Positions 23,901-36,600 of a stretch of DNA of 64,000 bases are shown here, piece after piece. Each line of letters starts with the position of its first letter. Positions within the stretch are counted from its first letter, which is position 1. The stretch is from Marsupella aquatica. Its lineage: Eukaryota > Plantae > Marchantiophyta. The position numbers and the translations under genes are program-made. The stretch spans positions 4,559,708 through 4,623,707 of the forward strand of contig OZ316891.1 in assembly GCA_973895155.1 (NCBI GenBank), read 5' to 3'. The notes below the pieces were generated by a model, which worked only from the letters and a program-made list of their open reading frames with translations, did no database searches and had not been told where the DNA came from.

Positions 23901-26900
23901 CATTCTTTTTTGATTCTGAGGCACACTTCAAGTCAAATTTGAGTTTTTTTGCTGCGAGCTCAAGCTCTTTCTCTAACTCTGCCTTCTTTTTCCTCAACAC
24001 TTCGGCTTCTCTTTACCGACTTTCAGAATCCTCTGAATCTCCTACTGACTTTCCGCTCTCCCCACCTGGTGACCAACCCTCATTCCCAAAATCTGCATTC
24101 GCTGATTCGCTCTCGAAATCCCCATTAGAATGTAAATTGCTTCCTTCATGATCACATCTGGATTTGGAACGTTGTTCTCCCCTTTGCGAGTCATTCTCGT
24201 CATCATCGTCGTTCTCGTCATCATCACCATCATCATCGTCACGTGCCTCTTCCTCGCGTTCGGATTTCTCATTCTCCTTATCTTGGTCTTTCTCATCACC
24301 TGACTCCAATTCCTCATTGTGGTAATCGAGTCTCTTCAATGGACTAGGTAATCTCTTGGTTGAATGCGTCTGAGGGTCGACACCTAATATCACCCAATTC
24401 CATTTTTAGGTAAGTTCAAAATCATTTTAATTAACAAAACCAGCAAGTCCTACTAAGCGAGCGGAACACCGTTCCTTCCGCAAATCTGACTAAATGCATG
24501 GAACACCATTCCGTTCGCAAATCCAACTAATCACGCCAAACACCGTTATGTCCAAAAATCTGACTTAGCAAATCCTACTCAGCGCTTGCAAAACCTTTCC
24601 GTTCAAAAATCCGGGTAAGCGCGCGGAATACCGTTCCGTCCGCAAATTTAGTGTAGCCTCGTGGAACAGCGTTCCGTGGGCAAATCCGACTAAGCGCGCG
24701 GCAAACCCATACCGTCAGCAAAGACTTTGGAAGAACCCCACGGAACACTGTTCCGTCCACAAATTGAGTGTAGCCCCATGGAACTTAGTGCCGTCGGCAA
24801 ATATCTAACTCCAATGGCATGATCACATATACACAAAATCAACTTTAACTTTAAAAACACATACCGCCAAGAGGTCCCGACGGAAGGATCTGAGGAAGGG
24901 AGTAGAGAAGGCAATCATCATCGTTATCAGGCCGCTCTTGTAACCCATACTCCTTGATGACATGCTCTATTTGATGATCCGTGAGTTGATAGCTCTCGTT
25001 AAGGATGTCGAGGATATCGTTCCTCACTTCAAAAATTGACTTCTTCAAAATCTTTCTCCAAAGAAGGTTTTCAAATGTCTCACGCTTCGGACATTTTGGC
25101 TCTTCGAACGACGGATACAATGCGTTGAAGTAGTCAGACAAGAGGTCGTGGCTCTCGACAGGGCAGAAACTTGTCACAAATATAGAATTCCCCTATGTGA
25201 GAGAATCAATTGTGTTCATTAGTCATCAAATTGAGTTTAAACTTGCGAGAAACATGTAAATTTAAATAAATTCAGAAATCACACTTACCATTAAACATTT
25301 GATGAGACGACGATTGTCACCAAAACAAACAACGGAATCACCAGAGGATAGAAATAGTTTCACAAGATATGAAAAATATGTGGCAGTTTTCTCGTCGCTG
25401 AGACTCTCCGCGACATCGACTTCGTCATAATTTGCAAGCTTCCCCCTCAAGGAGTCTCTCAACAATGACTCCTTTTCTTCAGGAAGCGTCGAAGCCACAA
25501 ACGCTTCATCAAAAAAGGAATACAAGACATATTGTGTTCTTCGGCCTTCTGCTTCTAGCAAGATGTCATTTTCGTCTTTTTTGGAGCTTATAATCTCCAA
25601 AGGGTTGACTATTAGCACAACTTTATGTCGCGCAGCTCCAATAGTAGAAGTTGCTTGGAAAACCCGACGATAGAAATGATGGTCGTATGGACCATACTCA
25701 GATGTCCTCGTCGAATCAAAATAGAAAAGGTCCACCGGTGTATTCTCATAGGTTTGGGACAAACCATCAAAAAAGTCCTTTCCTCCAAACCCTTCAATCG
25801 ATTGCAAATGAAACAGATCATTTTTTTCACCACAAGCAAATTTCCGTTTTGGTCGACAGATCTTGAAATTGAGTCGACCAAACCTTTGAAAGAAGCCGGA
25901 ATAAGATCGATCAGTTCTGCCCAATTCATGTTGTTGAGCCTTCCAGATTGATATTGGCCAGGAGGTAGCAACTCCCTTAGCATATGCATCCGCTGCCCAT
26001 CAATATGGAAAAAGCTGCGAACATCAGCAACCTTCTCCTTCCTCTCATCTTTGCTCAAAATGCGGAATTCGTTGATTTTGCTTCTCTCAGTGAACTCCAA
26101 CAAAAATATGCATTCAAAAATACACTTATTCTTTTTCTCGAGGCAAAACTCCTCAAGTGACCTCCACCCTTCCATTTGAACAGGGTCGTAATTCTTGTCA
26201 TTCGTCCTTTTCGGGAAGAGCGACACCTTCTCTCTCGAAATCAAATACTTTGCTAGCTTTTTCAGATCTCGATCTTCAAGACCTTGCATATGCCGGAAAA
26301 ACCTTCTCCGGAGATCCTGATATGGCTTTGCTATGTGCTGGAGAACTTTATTTGAGTGGACGAGCAGACTATCTTCTGAGAGACATTGAACTTCCATCCA
26401 GAGCTCAAATGTGTCGTCCTTCATCTCAAACAAAAACGGTGCCATCTCGATGAATCTCATGTTTCCATTGACCATCACAGCTGTTGGGTACGCAATATGG
26501 GCCGCTGCACAAAATGGCTGCAAATGTAGAAAGTTAGAAAGATAATAATAATGAAGATCTCAGGATCCCACGGAACACTGTTCCGCAGCTCGAGCTCTTT
26601 CAATTATTTATCAAATGACCCAAGTCAAAGAAAAATTAACATACCTTCCACATTGAATTTGCTTTTTGTCCGCTCAATGATGGTGGTCTCCCGGACGACA
26701 CCCATATTTTCCTGACTTGCTTTGCCATCAGAAGAAACTGACTTTCTAGCATTGTTGCCTTGTTCATGTTGTTCAAAGCTTGTGAGAGGCCCATAATCTT
26801 CGTATTCCCAACGAGATTGAACGGTGTCCAGAAGAGAGTGGCTGTCACCATGAGGAGTTCCTCTTTTTTTTTGAATCAAATTTTGGATCAGAAATCAGCA

Positions 26901-28062
26901 ATTTGTAAGCCTCAATTGTATCCTGTCCTCCAATTATCCAGAAGTAGCAGTTCTTCACATCTTCAAGTGTTGGTCGAGACTTGAAGGGAGCTCCATTGTA
27001 GAATGGATCTTTCTAAGCTTTGCTTGCATCCCACTGGACTGGAACGAGGTAGACTCGAGTCTTCTCAAGTGTGAGGGAAGAATGACCCATCATTGAGCCC
27101 TTCAGAACTTCATAGTATTTCCGATCAAAGACTCGGCATTTGTAGTCATCGGGTCCTAATTTACATCGAAGTGTTTCCAGCTCAAAGGATTTTCCTTCAA
27201 ACAAAGTCACTGATTTATATTCATTCAGAAGATTACTAAACATTTCCTTTGCGTTCTTGTCATTAACTTCCTCTGGCAGATTTCCCGGACGGATCTCCCC
27301 TTTTCTCCCTACGATGAAGTCTTGAACAAAATCTTCCTTACTCCACTCAAAAATACTCGTGAAGTAGAAGGTAAGAGTATCTCCGGAAACTACTTCTGGT
27401 GTTATTGGAAAACGGATGTCTTCATTGAGTAGTCGGTGGGAAGTGAAATCTTTGTACTTCTCTGTCTTTTCCAACCCAACTCCACGTCAATCCCCGCTTG
27501 GTCAAACTTGTTGTACTCTGGGAGCCTCAAGCAAACAGCAATTTTGGTTTGCTCCTCAATATCTTCCAGCAAAAGGCAGAGACACTCTTGATACTCGGCA
27601 AGACCAAGGTTTCGTTTGAAGAATGAACCAACTATCTTGTGGTCGGCTATTACGGAGAGTGACTCCATCTCGACACAAAGAAAAAGGCATCCCCCGTACC
27701 AAACCACCCCCCATCTCTGACATTTCTCCATCTTCAAGGGATGGACTGATTTTGACTCGTCACAAAAAACCTTTGGAATTTTTTCCCCCTTGAATCTTCC
27801 CAGCGGAATGTCAACGTCATGACGAGTCACCTTCCAAACTTTATTCCTTCAGGGTGTTTCAGACTGAGCCTTTCTTTTTGACGATGAAGTCATTGTGGAA
27901 TCCATCTGCACAAAAAAATGATTAGGAGAGTCATGCTTGTCAACTGGCGGAACACTGTTCCGTCTGCTACTAATGAGCTGAAGGAGTTAATAGAACAATA
28001 TCCCAAAATGTCGTCCGCGCATTTTATTGAAAAAATTTGGAATACATCAAGTCCTTGAGTAC

Positions 28063-28599
28063 TCATTTTGGTAGGACCTGGAATCTCTTCTGGACTACTT
28101 CCCTCTCCTCAACATCTAAACTTTCCCACAACAACCAGAATAAGCAACTATCCAACGGAAGAAGTGATCCAAGTATCTCAATATTTGGAAACTCGTAGAG
28201 GTTGTCTCTAAAGACGTGTAGCAGATGGCGCGATGTTAAAAGGTTGGCTTCTGGAATGGTAGAAAGTTCATCATTGATCTTCTCTATTTTCTCGTTTGCT
28301 TCTATCAGAGAAAACCAAAATTTTGTATGTTTTACTAAAAATTGCCACTTCTTGTTGCATGACGCAAGTCTGATCATGGCAGTCGTCCTTGAGACAAATG
28401 ATTCTTGATAAAGTCCTCCGCAAAAGTGATCCATCAAAAGAGGCCAAATTTTGTCAATCACCAAACTGTCTGGTAGACCTTGCATGTACATAGAATAGGT
28501 ATTGAGCCTTTGTCTTTCAAATTTTGCCACTTTCTCAAGATCTTTGAGTAAATCGCAAACCTTCTCAACCTGCACGGCTCTGCTAGAGACTTCGTCCAT
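28063..28599 (-). CDS. Small F-box-like protein (178 aa)
   Basis: MQGLPDSLVIDKIWPLL...IRLASCNKKWQFLVKHTKFW follows the F-box pattern (LP..l...I...L..V.K.W..L). The ORF is intact. Confidence 0.55.
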   Translation of the reverse strand: MDEVSSRAVQVEKVCDLLKDLEKVAKFERQRLNTYSMYMQGLPDSLVIDKIWPLLMDHFCGGLYQESFVSRTTAMIRLASCNKKWQFLVKHTKFWFSLIEANEKIEKINDELSTIPEANLLTSRHLLHVFRDNLYEFPNIEILGSLLPLDSCLFWLLWESLDVEEREVVQKRFQVLPK

Positions 28600-28629
28600 C
28601 CTGTTGGATTGATCAAACGGAACTTATTA

Positions 28630-29184
28630 TTAGCAAATTCTATCTAGATTTGAAGCCATTCTCGAGATATCCGGTTTTGTAACAGAGTAGAGTAAAATCC
28701 CATTTTTTGATGGGATGCAGGAGGTCATATGCCTTCGTGAATGTTTCTCGAAGGTTCTTGGGCATCGATCCCAAAAATTTAATTTCTGGATACTTTCAAT
28801 AGAAGCTATAGGTAGTTTGTTTGAGAAGAGGAGCAGGAATGAAATCAATGGGAAACTTGACTTCCGTGGGTTGAAAGTCTAAAATAGTCATATTGAGGAC
28901 GCCATGATATACGTATTATTTATCAAGTGGCGCCATCTGCAAGAGACAGACCTCATCAAAATCAATGAATTCAATTTTGAATCTGAGAATGAACTTTGAT
29001 CTACCAAGGTATTAAAATATCCTAGACATATATTCCAGATTAACTGCTCCACGAGTTCGTTCGGAAGCCCTGGAAGTAGACTTTTTCCCAAGAGATCGTA
29101 TTCTTGCGTAAGAGAACGCTGGAGTGTGATACGTCTATCAAATGTTGGGCAAAACTTATTGAAACACTTAACGCCTTTTTCCAT
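28630..29184 (-). pseudogene. Second F-box-like ORF (interrupted)
   Basis: LLPGLPNELVEQLIW...LMRSVSCRWRHLI; stop at 28888, then continuation to about 28630. Confidence 0.55.
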
Positions 29185-30589
29185 TGTGTCTGCAATTGCA
29201 TGAGATTTGTATGAAAGTCAGAGTTTTTCCGCCTTGTCTAACAAACTAATATCTTACATTCTATGTCCGACGGAACACTGTTCCGCAGGGTGATTGGGTT
29301 GGTTTGGGCGGAAGACTTGTGATTGGTGATTGCCTTGGTTTGGGTGGAAGACTTCTCCATTGAGAGCTATGCTATTGCGGACTCTAAAACGGATAGTACA
29401 TTCGAGCAGGTGGAACAGCGTTCCGCAAGGTATTCCAGTTAGATTCACCTTGGGAGGAACCCTCTTGATTCTTGGCCCCCATTGAATTTCAGAGGAGGCG
29501 GAAGGTCATTCGAGTGGGTGGACCACTTAGATTCACCTTGAGCGGAAGACTTTTCCCTACTGGGCGGAACTCAATTTCAGAGCCGGCGGAACACCGTTCC
29601 GTCGGGTGTTCAACTGAGGATCTGCATGGGGTCAACCGTTTTCTTTCCTGAGCTGGATTGAATTTCAGAGGAGACGGAACAACATTTCGCCTGATGTTCG
29701 ACGAAGGTTCACCCAAGGCGGAACAACATTCCAACATATATATTCTCTCAAAGAGGTTTCAGAGCAGGTGGAATAGCGTTCCGCCTGATGTTGGACGAAG
29801 GTTCAAACTGGGCGAAATAACATTCCGTCATATATATTCTCTAAAAGAGGTTTGAGAGCAGGCGGAACACCATTCCGTGGGGATTTTTTGACCCCATCAA
29901 TCAGCGAGACACCACTGAGAGTATGCTGTTTGGTGTGTGACGGGGTTTCACAGCGGGCGGAACACTGTGCCGTGGGGTGTGCAACGTCGTTCAAGAGCAT
30001 GCGGGACACCTTTCCGTGGAATAAGTGGATCCCATCAAGAAGGAGAAGACTGATGAAGAGGATCTGAGATTCTACGAAAGATAATCTAAACCCAAAATTA
30101 TATTCGTACAAGAAAGCACGGGATTCGTTTAATGCATCAAATCAATGACTAGTTCCTAAAAGAGAGATTGGATTGTCACCTGAATCCGCAAATGATATAG
30201 TGTGAGATCTTTGTGAGTGATTGATGAAAGAGAGGCCTGCACCTGAATGAGGAAACCTAGCATTACTTAAAACATCCATTAACATCCACTGAGACTGAAT
30301 TGTCATAAGAACTATCACTAGCAGACTGAAGCAGCTGGAAACTACAAGCCCTAAAACAAGAAGCCATGAAAAGACCTCTTCAAGTGTGCAAACATGTACA
30401 GTAGAACATACACAAAGTGGACAATTGAAGTTACAGGATAAATCTGACATTACCAATCTCAGGAAAAGGAGCTGTCAAGCAGGAGGAGTTGATCACCTGA
30501 AGCTGTTGATGCCCTAAACCAGTCGATGAGCTGAATCAGTTGATGATCTGAGGAGCTGAAGTAGTCGGACAATCAAGAAGAGAATGAGT

Positions 30590-31020
30590 AGCTCAACTAA
30601 CCAGAGAACTGAGGAGCAGTAGGAGAGCAACAGCAGCACAGTTTGAGCAGAAGTACGAGCAATAGTAGCAGAGCGAGAGTAGACCTAAAGCACAAATGGA
30701 ATGAGTGAGCAATGAGTGTGAGCGAGTGCCCGGATGAGCGAACGAACGATCGAGCAAGTGAGGTATTGAGGGAGGAATGAGCGGGGAGGAGGAGCGAGTG
30801 ATTGAGCGCAAACAAATCAAGCAAGTGATCAAGCGAGAGAGAGAGCGCAAGCAAGAGAGCGAGAGAGTGAGCGCAAGCGAGAGAGCGAGAGAGCAAGAGG
30901 GAGAGCGCGAGCGAGAGAGGGAGAGAGCGAGAGGGAGAGCACGAGCGAGGGAGTGAGAAGTGAGAAGTGTTCTCGAGAGGGAATCCGGAAGTAACGGGTT
31001 TAGGGTTAGTGAGAAGCGCA
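30590..31020 (-). promoter_or_regulatory. CT/GA-rich leader plus telo-box; probable promoter/5'UTR of the minus-strand cluster
   Basis: (GA/GC)n microsatellite-like tract and GGGTTTAGGGTTAG near 30997. This composition is typical of plant 5'UTRs. Confidence 0.4.
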
Positions 31021-33606
31021 ATTAAGTGGTGCCTCTAAGTGAGTCCTTGAGGCATGTGTTAGGGCACCCCTAAACTAGATTAGGAAATACATCATGGAGG
31101 AGGGATTTGGACCCCTCATCTAGGCCCTCCAATCTCCAAATAAGTTGGTGCAAATAGCATGGATCCAAAATGGTACATACTCCTTATAAAAGGACCCTTG
31201 AGAATGGTTACAAAGTAATTGAACTAAAACTAAGTATTACTCTATGTTAGTAAGTGGATACCCTATAACATCCATAAATATCATTCAGACAATGTGTATA
31301 TAATGAGGCCCATGCATGGCCATTGACATGTTCAGCATTAGTCCATGATTATTTTGCAGTTGTGGGCAAGGCTCCATCCTCACTTTGGCCTGACGGTTAT
31401 TCTTACAAACGACAACATCTATGGAGTGTCTATTGATACCAAATTTTTTGCAAGAAACCAATCTTGTTTTGTAATAGTAGTCACACTATTTGGTATTAAT
31501 GGAATTGGTTACATTTTTGGACAATAGCATGGACAAAACATACATTAAATTGAGAGTCAGAGCCCAGGCAACTAATTTACACTAATTTACAACACTCAGG
31601 CCCTCCAACTGCTTTGCCTATTTAAACAACTCATAGGTGGTGTCAACCACATAAATCAGTTATCATTAATAAAACATTTTAGTTAGAGAGAGAGAAACTC
31701 TTACAAACAACTTTGAATCAGATTGAGTGGATTAAATAATTGTCACTCTCCAATAACTGTTAGTAGAATATGTAAATCTCCCCACAAATTGTAGAACTAC
31801 AAACTTATACACTAATATTAGAGTCCAATAAATATAATTTCATGCAACTTCAAACCATTCAAGTGCCACATCCTCCATAGCCCTAAACCACTCTTAAAAA
31901 TGTCATGCTGTAGATATTCATTCGTGCCAAAGTGGTCACAAAAGCACGATCAAAAATGGCAATTGTTGGGCTTACCTAGCATTTTCATAGTTGAAGAAAC
32001 ACAAACGAATTCACTACTCAAAGAACCTAGTAAGTTAGTGGAAGTCAGCCATAGAGTAACATATCTGTGAGTCCATAGAGCCAACAAATACAAGCTTGTC
32101 TGATATTGGGAGCACAAAGGAAGCACCGAGAGACCAGCAATAAAGACCATAAAAATGAATGAATTACCAAAATTATCATAAATAATGGAGACGACCAACA
32201 CCGCTTCCTCCATTGAAAGTGGGAAATTGTTGAGTATTGACAAACGACCACAAAACCACTCGAGCCCCCAGCATATACGTTGAAAAAAAGAGGGCCGAGT
32301 TGAGATGGACAATAGAACAGCCAGTCTCAGAAGATGTGAGAAATGGCCCTGGTCACTCCAAGAGTGGACCGAACAAGAAAGAGTGGTCATGCCAAGATTC
32401 ATGCCAAGATTTTGAGTATTCTCCGGAACCCAACTAAACAGGACCACAGGAGCACTGAATGGACATACTTAAATAGATAATTTCCCATCTTAGCAAGGGC
32501 TATTGAGTATAATAAAACTCATATCACACCATCACCTTTTCGGGGTGAAGAGCAACCCTACAGTTGGCATAGATGCAAGGGTTTTGGAGGGTGCCCTCCT
32601 TGAGACCAGTGGCATGCCCCTTGGTCCGACTCCATCAAGAATGAAGGAGTTGGTCAAGCTTATGGTGATAGGTAAGCTTAGAACTCTTGAATTTCTCTAC
32701 AAGTTGGTGTACTCTTTCATGTGACTTTGGATGACTTTTATTAGAATATTAGAGACTACGCTCTTGGCACCGCAATTGAGTTGATAGCCCGCGCCGCACC
32801 ATAATAGGCGCCACACCGCATTTGAGTTGATTGCGTACATGGAAGAGTAGATAGAGTACTAGGTTAGATTTCACTAAATCATGTTGCATGCATCCATATA
32901 TCGGGGGATGCAGTATTGTAGGCCATGCAATCTTATAGTATGCCATGTGTCATGTCAGTTGTTTACTTGAGTTGGCTCTACTGTATAAAGCCTTGAGCCC
33001 ATTTCCCAGTAATTCAAGCGTTCTTTACTTTACTGTAAATACTCCAACACTCTCCACACATGAGCTCACTCTCTCCCTCAAGCCACTTTGTTGCAATGAG
33101 CATGCATTATCACACAAGTGGCTTACACTAGCCCTGGTATATGCAAGGTCACACACAACTTACTTACTAACCTATTTACCTCACCTAAGTCCCTAACAGT
33201 GGTAAGTTAGCCTAATTGCCATAACCTATGAGTGACAAGACTAAGAGCAGAACAAACACCCCCCATGTACCCCTTCTTAGTATTTCTGCTTACAAAAAGA
33301 TACCTTGTTAATGTAAATTAAAGTATTAACTTTTCCAATTAAATTTGATCCAAGAATAATATAACTTCACACAATGAGCCAACTCTAACAAACATTGTTT
33401 GAGCACTTGGTGTAAGAAAAGGGCAATGCGGAAAATGAGAGCAGTCACTCAATCTCACACTACACCAACATGACACCATGATCATACTTGGAGAAACTCC
33501 GTAAGGATCCATTTGATAGCTCATGAATGATTGAGATGGAACATGTGAAGAATGAGGGAGAGAATGCTCTCCCTCTAACCTATACCCTCCAAGGGGGACT
33601 AAGATG

Positions 33607-36600
33607 TGTCACGTCATCAACCTTGGTCTTAACTCGGGCTTCAGCTTTAAACGGGCACCTCCTTCATAAATATGAGGGTTCGGGCAGGGAGGGAAGAACG
33701 TAATGCACCTAATTCACGTAAACTAGTGCTAAGTGCGCCTACTGTTAGATACGGACATCTCCTAGGTATGGTTTGTGTTCCGCCGCCGGAACGTACCTTA
33801 GTCGATAACAGGATCGACCCCGGCTTAAGGACTTCTAAGCCTTCGTGTTGTCCGCCTTCAATCCGGATTCTATGATATAGGTCCTCAACCCGTGCTCGCA
33901 ACCACATACCCGCAAGCTGCACCCCGTGCACGACTCGGGTAGTGCGTTCGGCCCGGCGTTGTCACCTATACACGAGATTCACACACACATACACACGCAC
34001 AAGCGTACAATCTTGATTTACACGAAGGACATAATGGGAAAGGATTTTACTACATAGGGGACATGTGCGTACACTTGGTTGACCCGACAGCTCCGGAATG
34101 AACAGGTTCAAGGCCAAGGGAGTACACTACAACGGAGCCCGGCTCCGCACTCGCCCGACGAGCTTAGTCCTACCCCCTCCCCTTGGTACTCCTTCACTCC
34201 CAGAGGTCGAGACTCCCCGCACATACCACGGATGTCCAACTCTGAGACTAAAAACCCCCTGCCTCTATCGAGGGGTGCACTAAATACTAAGGGCCGAGGA
34301 ACGGAGTGTCCTCCCGCCCGAAGATTCGCTGACTTAGGTCCTAACTAATCTGACCGTCAGGCCGAAAAACGGCTGTGTCTTATTAGAAGATCCTAATCTA
34401 TGCAGGCTGGACAGCATGGCAGTGCTGCTGTAACTAAGGCAGGTGCCTGTCCCAATAGCCTGACTTAGCTATTCCTAACCCTATTCTATTCCTACTCCGC
34501 CGCTAATGCCTGGCACGCTTGCCAGAGCCGCCTGAGTGGGAGTGGCCATCCCGCTGCTTACGAAGTCTGTCGTTGTCTGCCTTGAGGAGCTGGACCTGGT
34601 CCAGCAGAGATTCATTCTCTCGCTTTTCCGTGTCTGTCTCCTCCGTTGCCTCTTGGCATGCCTCCTCCAGCTACTGGGCATCGCTCGTCAGCTTGCCCGC
34701 CAGCTGGTCCTTCTTCTCGGCTTTGGTTTGGAGCCACGCCACTTCGGCCTGTAACGTGGCTATCTCCGCAATGTCCCGCTGGGCCCGTTCTTTGGCCTCC
34801 TCCAGGTCTTTCTGCCAAATGACAGTTTGATTCTTCAAACTGTCAATCTGGTTCCGGAGTCGTGCAATCTCGGCCTCATTCCTAGCTTTGGCCTGCTCGG
34901 CTAGGGCGGTAAGGGCGTGCACCTTTGCTAACAACTAGTCGGCGGCTGGAACTTTGGGTCGTAGTTGCAGAAGCTCAGCCTCTTGAGCTGCAACTTCGTT
35001 CTTTAAGTATACGGACTCCACCCAGTACCATTCTATCCTTTGAAGGGCCTCTGACTGGGCCCGACCTGCCTTTACTGCAGCAACTAACTCCTGATTGAAG
35101 AAACAGGCTACCTTCCGGGCCATGAACTCCCTGGTATCCCGGGCAATTTGATGAGAGAAATCTCCCAGAAGCCCGTTCAGAAATGTACCCGGTACGAAGA
35201 GTTCCGGGTGGTCCAGGTTGTGCTTGTCCGGAGTTGGGCACGGGCAGACGTCAACACGCGCGGGGGCCGGGGCAGTGACATCCAGCCCTGGGGACGTAAT
35301 GTTGGAAGGGGCTGGAGTGTCCTCCTACAGCAATGTCCGGTTCTCCGAAATAGCCACCGGTGGGTCTTTGGGAGACCCGGGCTCGAGTAAGACCTCCGCT
35401 ATACCTACTTCTGTACTTAGCCCGGCCTGTTGGATCACATCTACGGTTGCAATAACCGACCCATCCGGTACCTCCTCGGTTACGACTACAGCTACTTGTG
35501 GAGGTGGGGTGGGTGAAGCTTGCGTGTCTGCTGGACTTCGGGCCTCGGGTTGAGGCCGTCTCTCCAAGGCCGGGAAAACCCACCTAGCTGGGACCAGCTT
35601 TGTAACGTTGACACGGGGAAGGGTTCATCGATCAAACCGAGCGTACCACTCAAGAATGATCTCGATGTGGCTAGCGAAATACGCCTTCCCGCCAATGTAT
35701 AGCGTCTTCTTTCGCCGCTCCATCTCTTCATGGAATTTCTTAGCGAAGTACGACGCCCACTTCCTAGGTCGATAGTTCTCGACCTGGATAACCTGGGCGG
35801 CGGAGATCTCCCCCCGGGGTTCCATCATGTGGAGGGCGTACCTTTGGAACTCCAGTCGCTCAGCTATCTCGGGGATGAGGCAGGTCCTCATCACGAACCC
35901 GTTGTCCACTACTCCCTCTGAGGGAAAACTCGAGGATTGGTACTTGGCTCCCTTGCCCCCGGGAGCCCGTGATTCGACTCGATGGTCACCTTCGGGTAAT
36001 CCAAAGATCATCTTGAGCCGTTCTTCCGTGAGGGACATATTCCTTCCCCGCAGCCGAGTATGTTGATGTGCATCATCATAATTCTTGACGAATTCTGTCA
36101 TGTCCTCCCCGTAGTACCTGTAAGTGTTCCAGGGGAGAGAGGCGAGGTGCTCGAATCCCTGAGTCTTCAGGTACACCGCATGCTTGGGATGGAGGATGTT
36201 CTTATGCACGTTTTCCCCCATGCGGTGCATTGTTACCTTGGCCACGGCTACCGTGGCCAATGGTAACTCGGATACAGTGGCGGGTTCCTTCCTCTTCTTC
36301 CCCCGTGACTGGCTCAGGGAGGGTGACACCTCCCCATCCTCTCTATCGGGCATAGATAGTGCTACCGCCGTTAGTATTGGGCCCGGGGCGGCCACGGTCA
36401 CCGTGTTGTCTGCTGGAGCCGCTCCTTGGGTCCGAGCATGGGGAGGGGACGATGTAGTGTTGGCCCCCTGAGTGTTTGCTCCTCTAGGCCGCTTGAGCAA
36501 GGGTGGGGTAGCCTCGTCGTCGTCGCTAAGGTCCACAGCGTTGATGATGGAGCGTACTTGTACTGCTGGTGGGGCGATCGGCGGTGGGGGTTGGCTAGGC

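Larger units (their letters stand above)
20150..27905 (-). pseudogene. Spliced multi-domain gene: ParB-like, degenerate N4/N6-MTase-like, acidic and ER/K region, Ulp1 protease, FCP1-like phosphatase
   Basis: Frame-compatible GT-AG introns at 26644-26518, 25288-25193, 24864-24384 and 21782-21695 join the ORF pieces. A further acceptor at 20882 precedes the FCP1 exon (its donor is uncertain). Internal stops and frameshifts are present. Confidence 0.65.

Noticed and set aside
22104-23942. 612-aa and 401-aa F/L/S-rich plus-strand ORFs resembling membrane proteins
   Set aside because: Antisense shadows of the purine-rich ER/K repeat.
24440-30020. Palindromic repeats with variable spacers as a CRISPR array
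   Set aside because: Eukaryotic context, 15-bp degenerate motif, irregular spacing and no cas genes.
30593-31021. L/S-rich 142-aa and 99-aa ORFs
   Set aside because: Translation of a GA/CT microsatellite-like leader.
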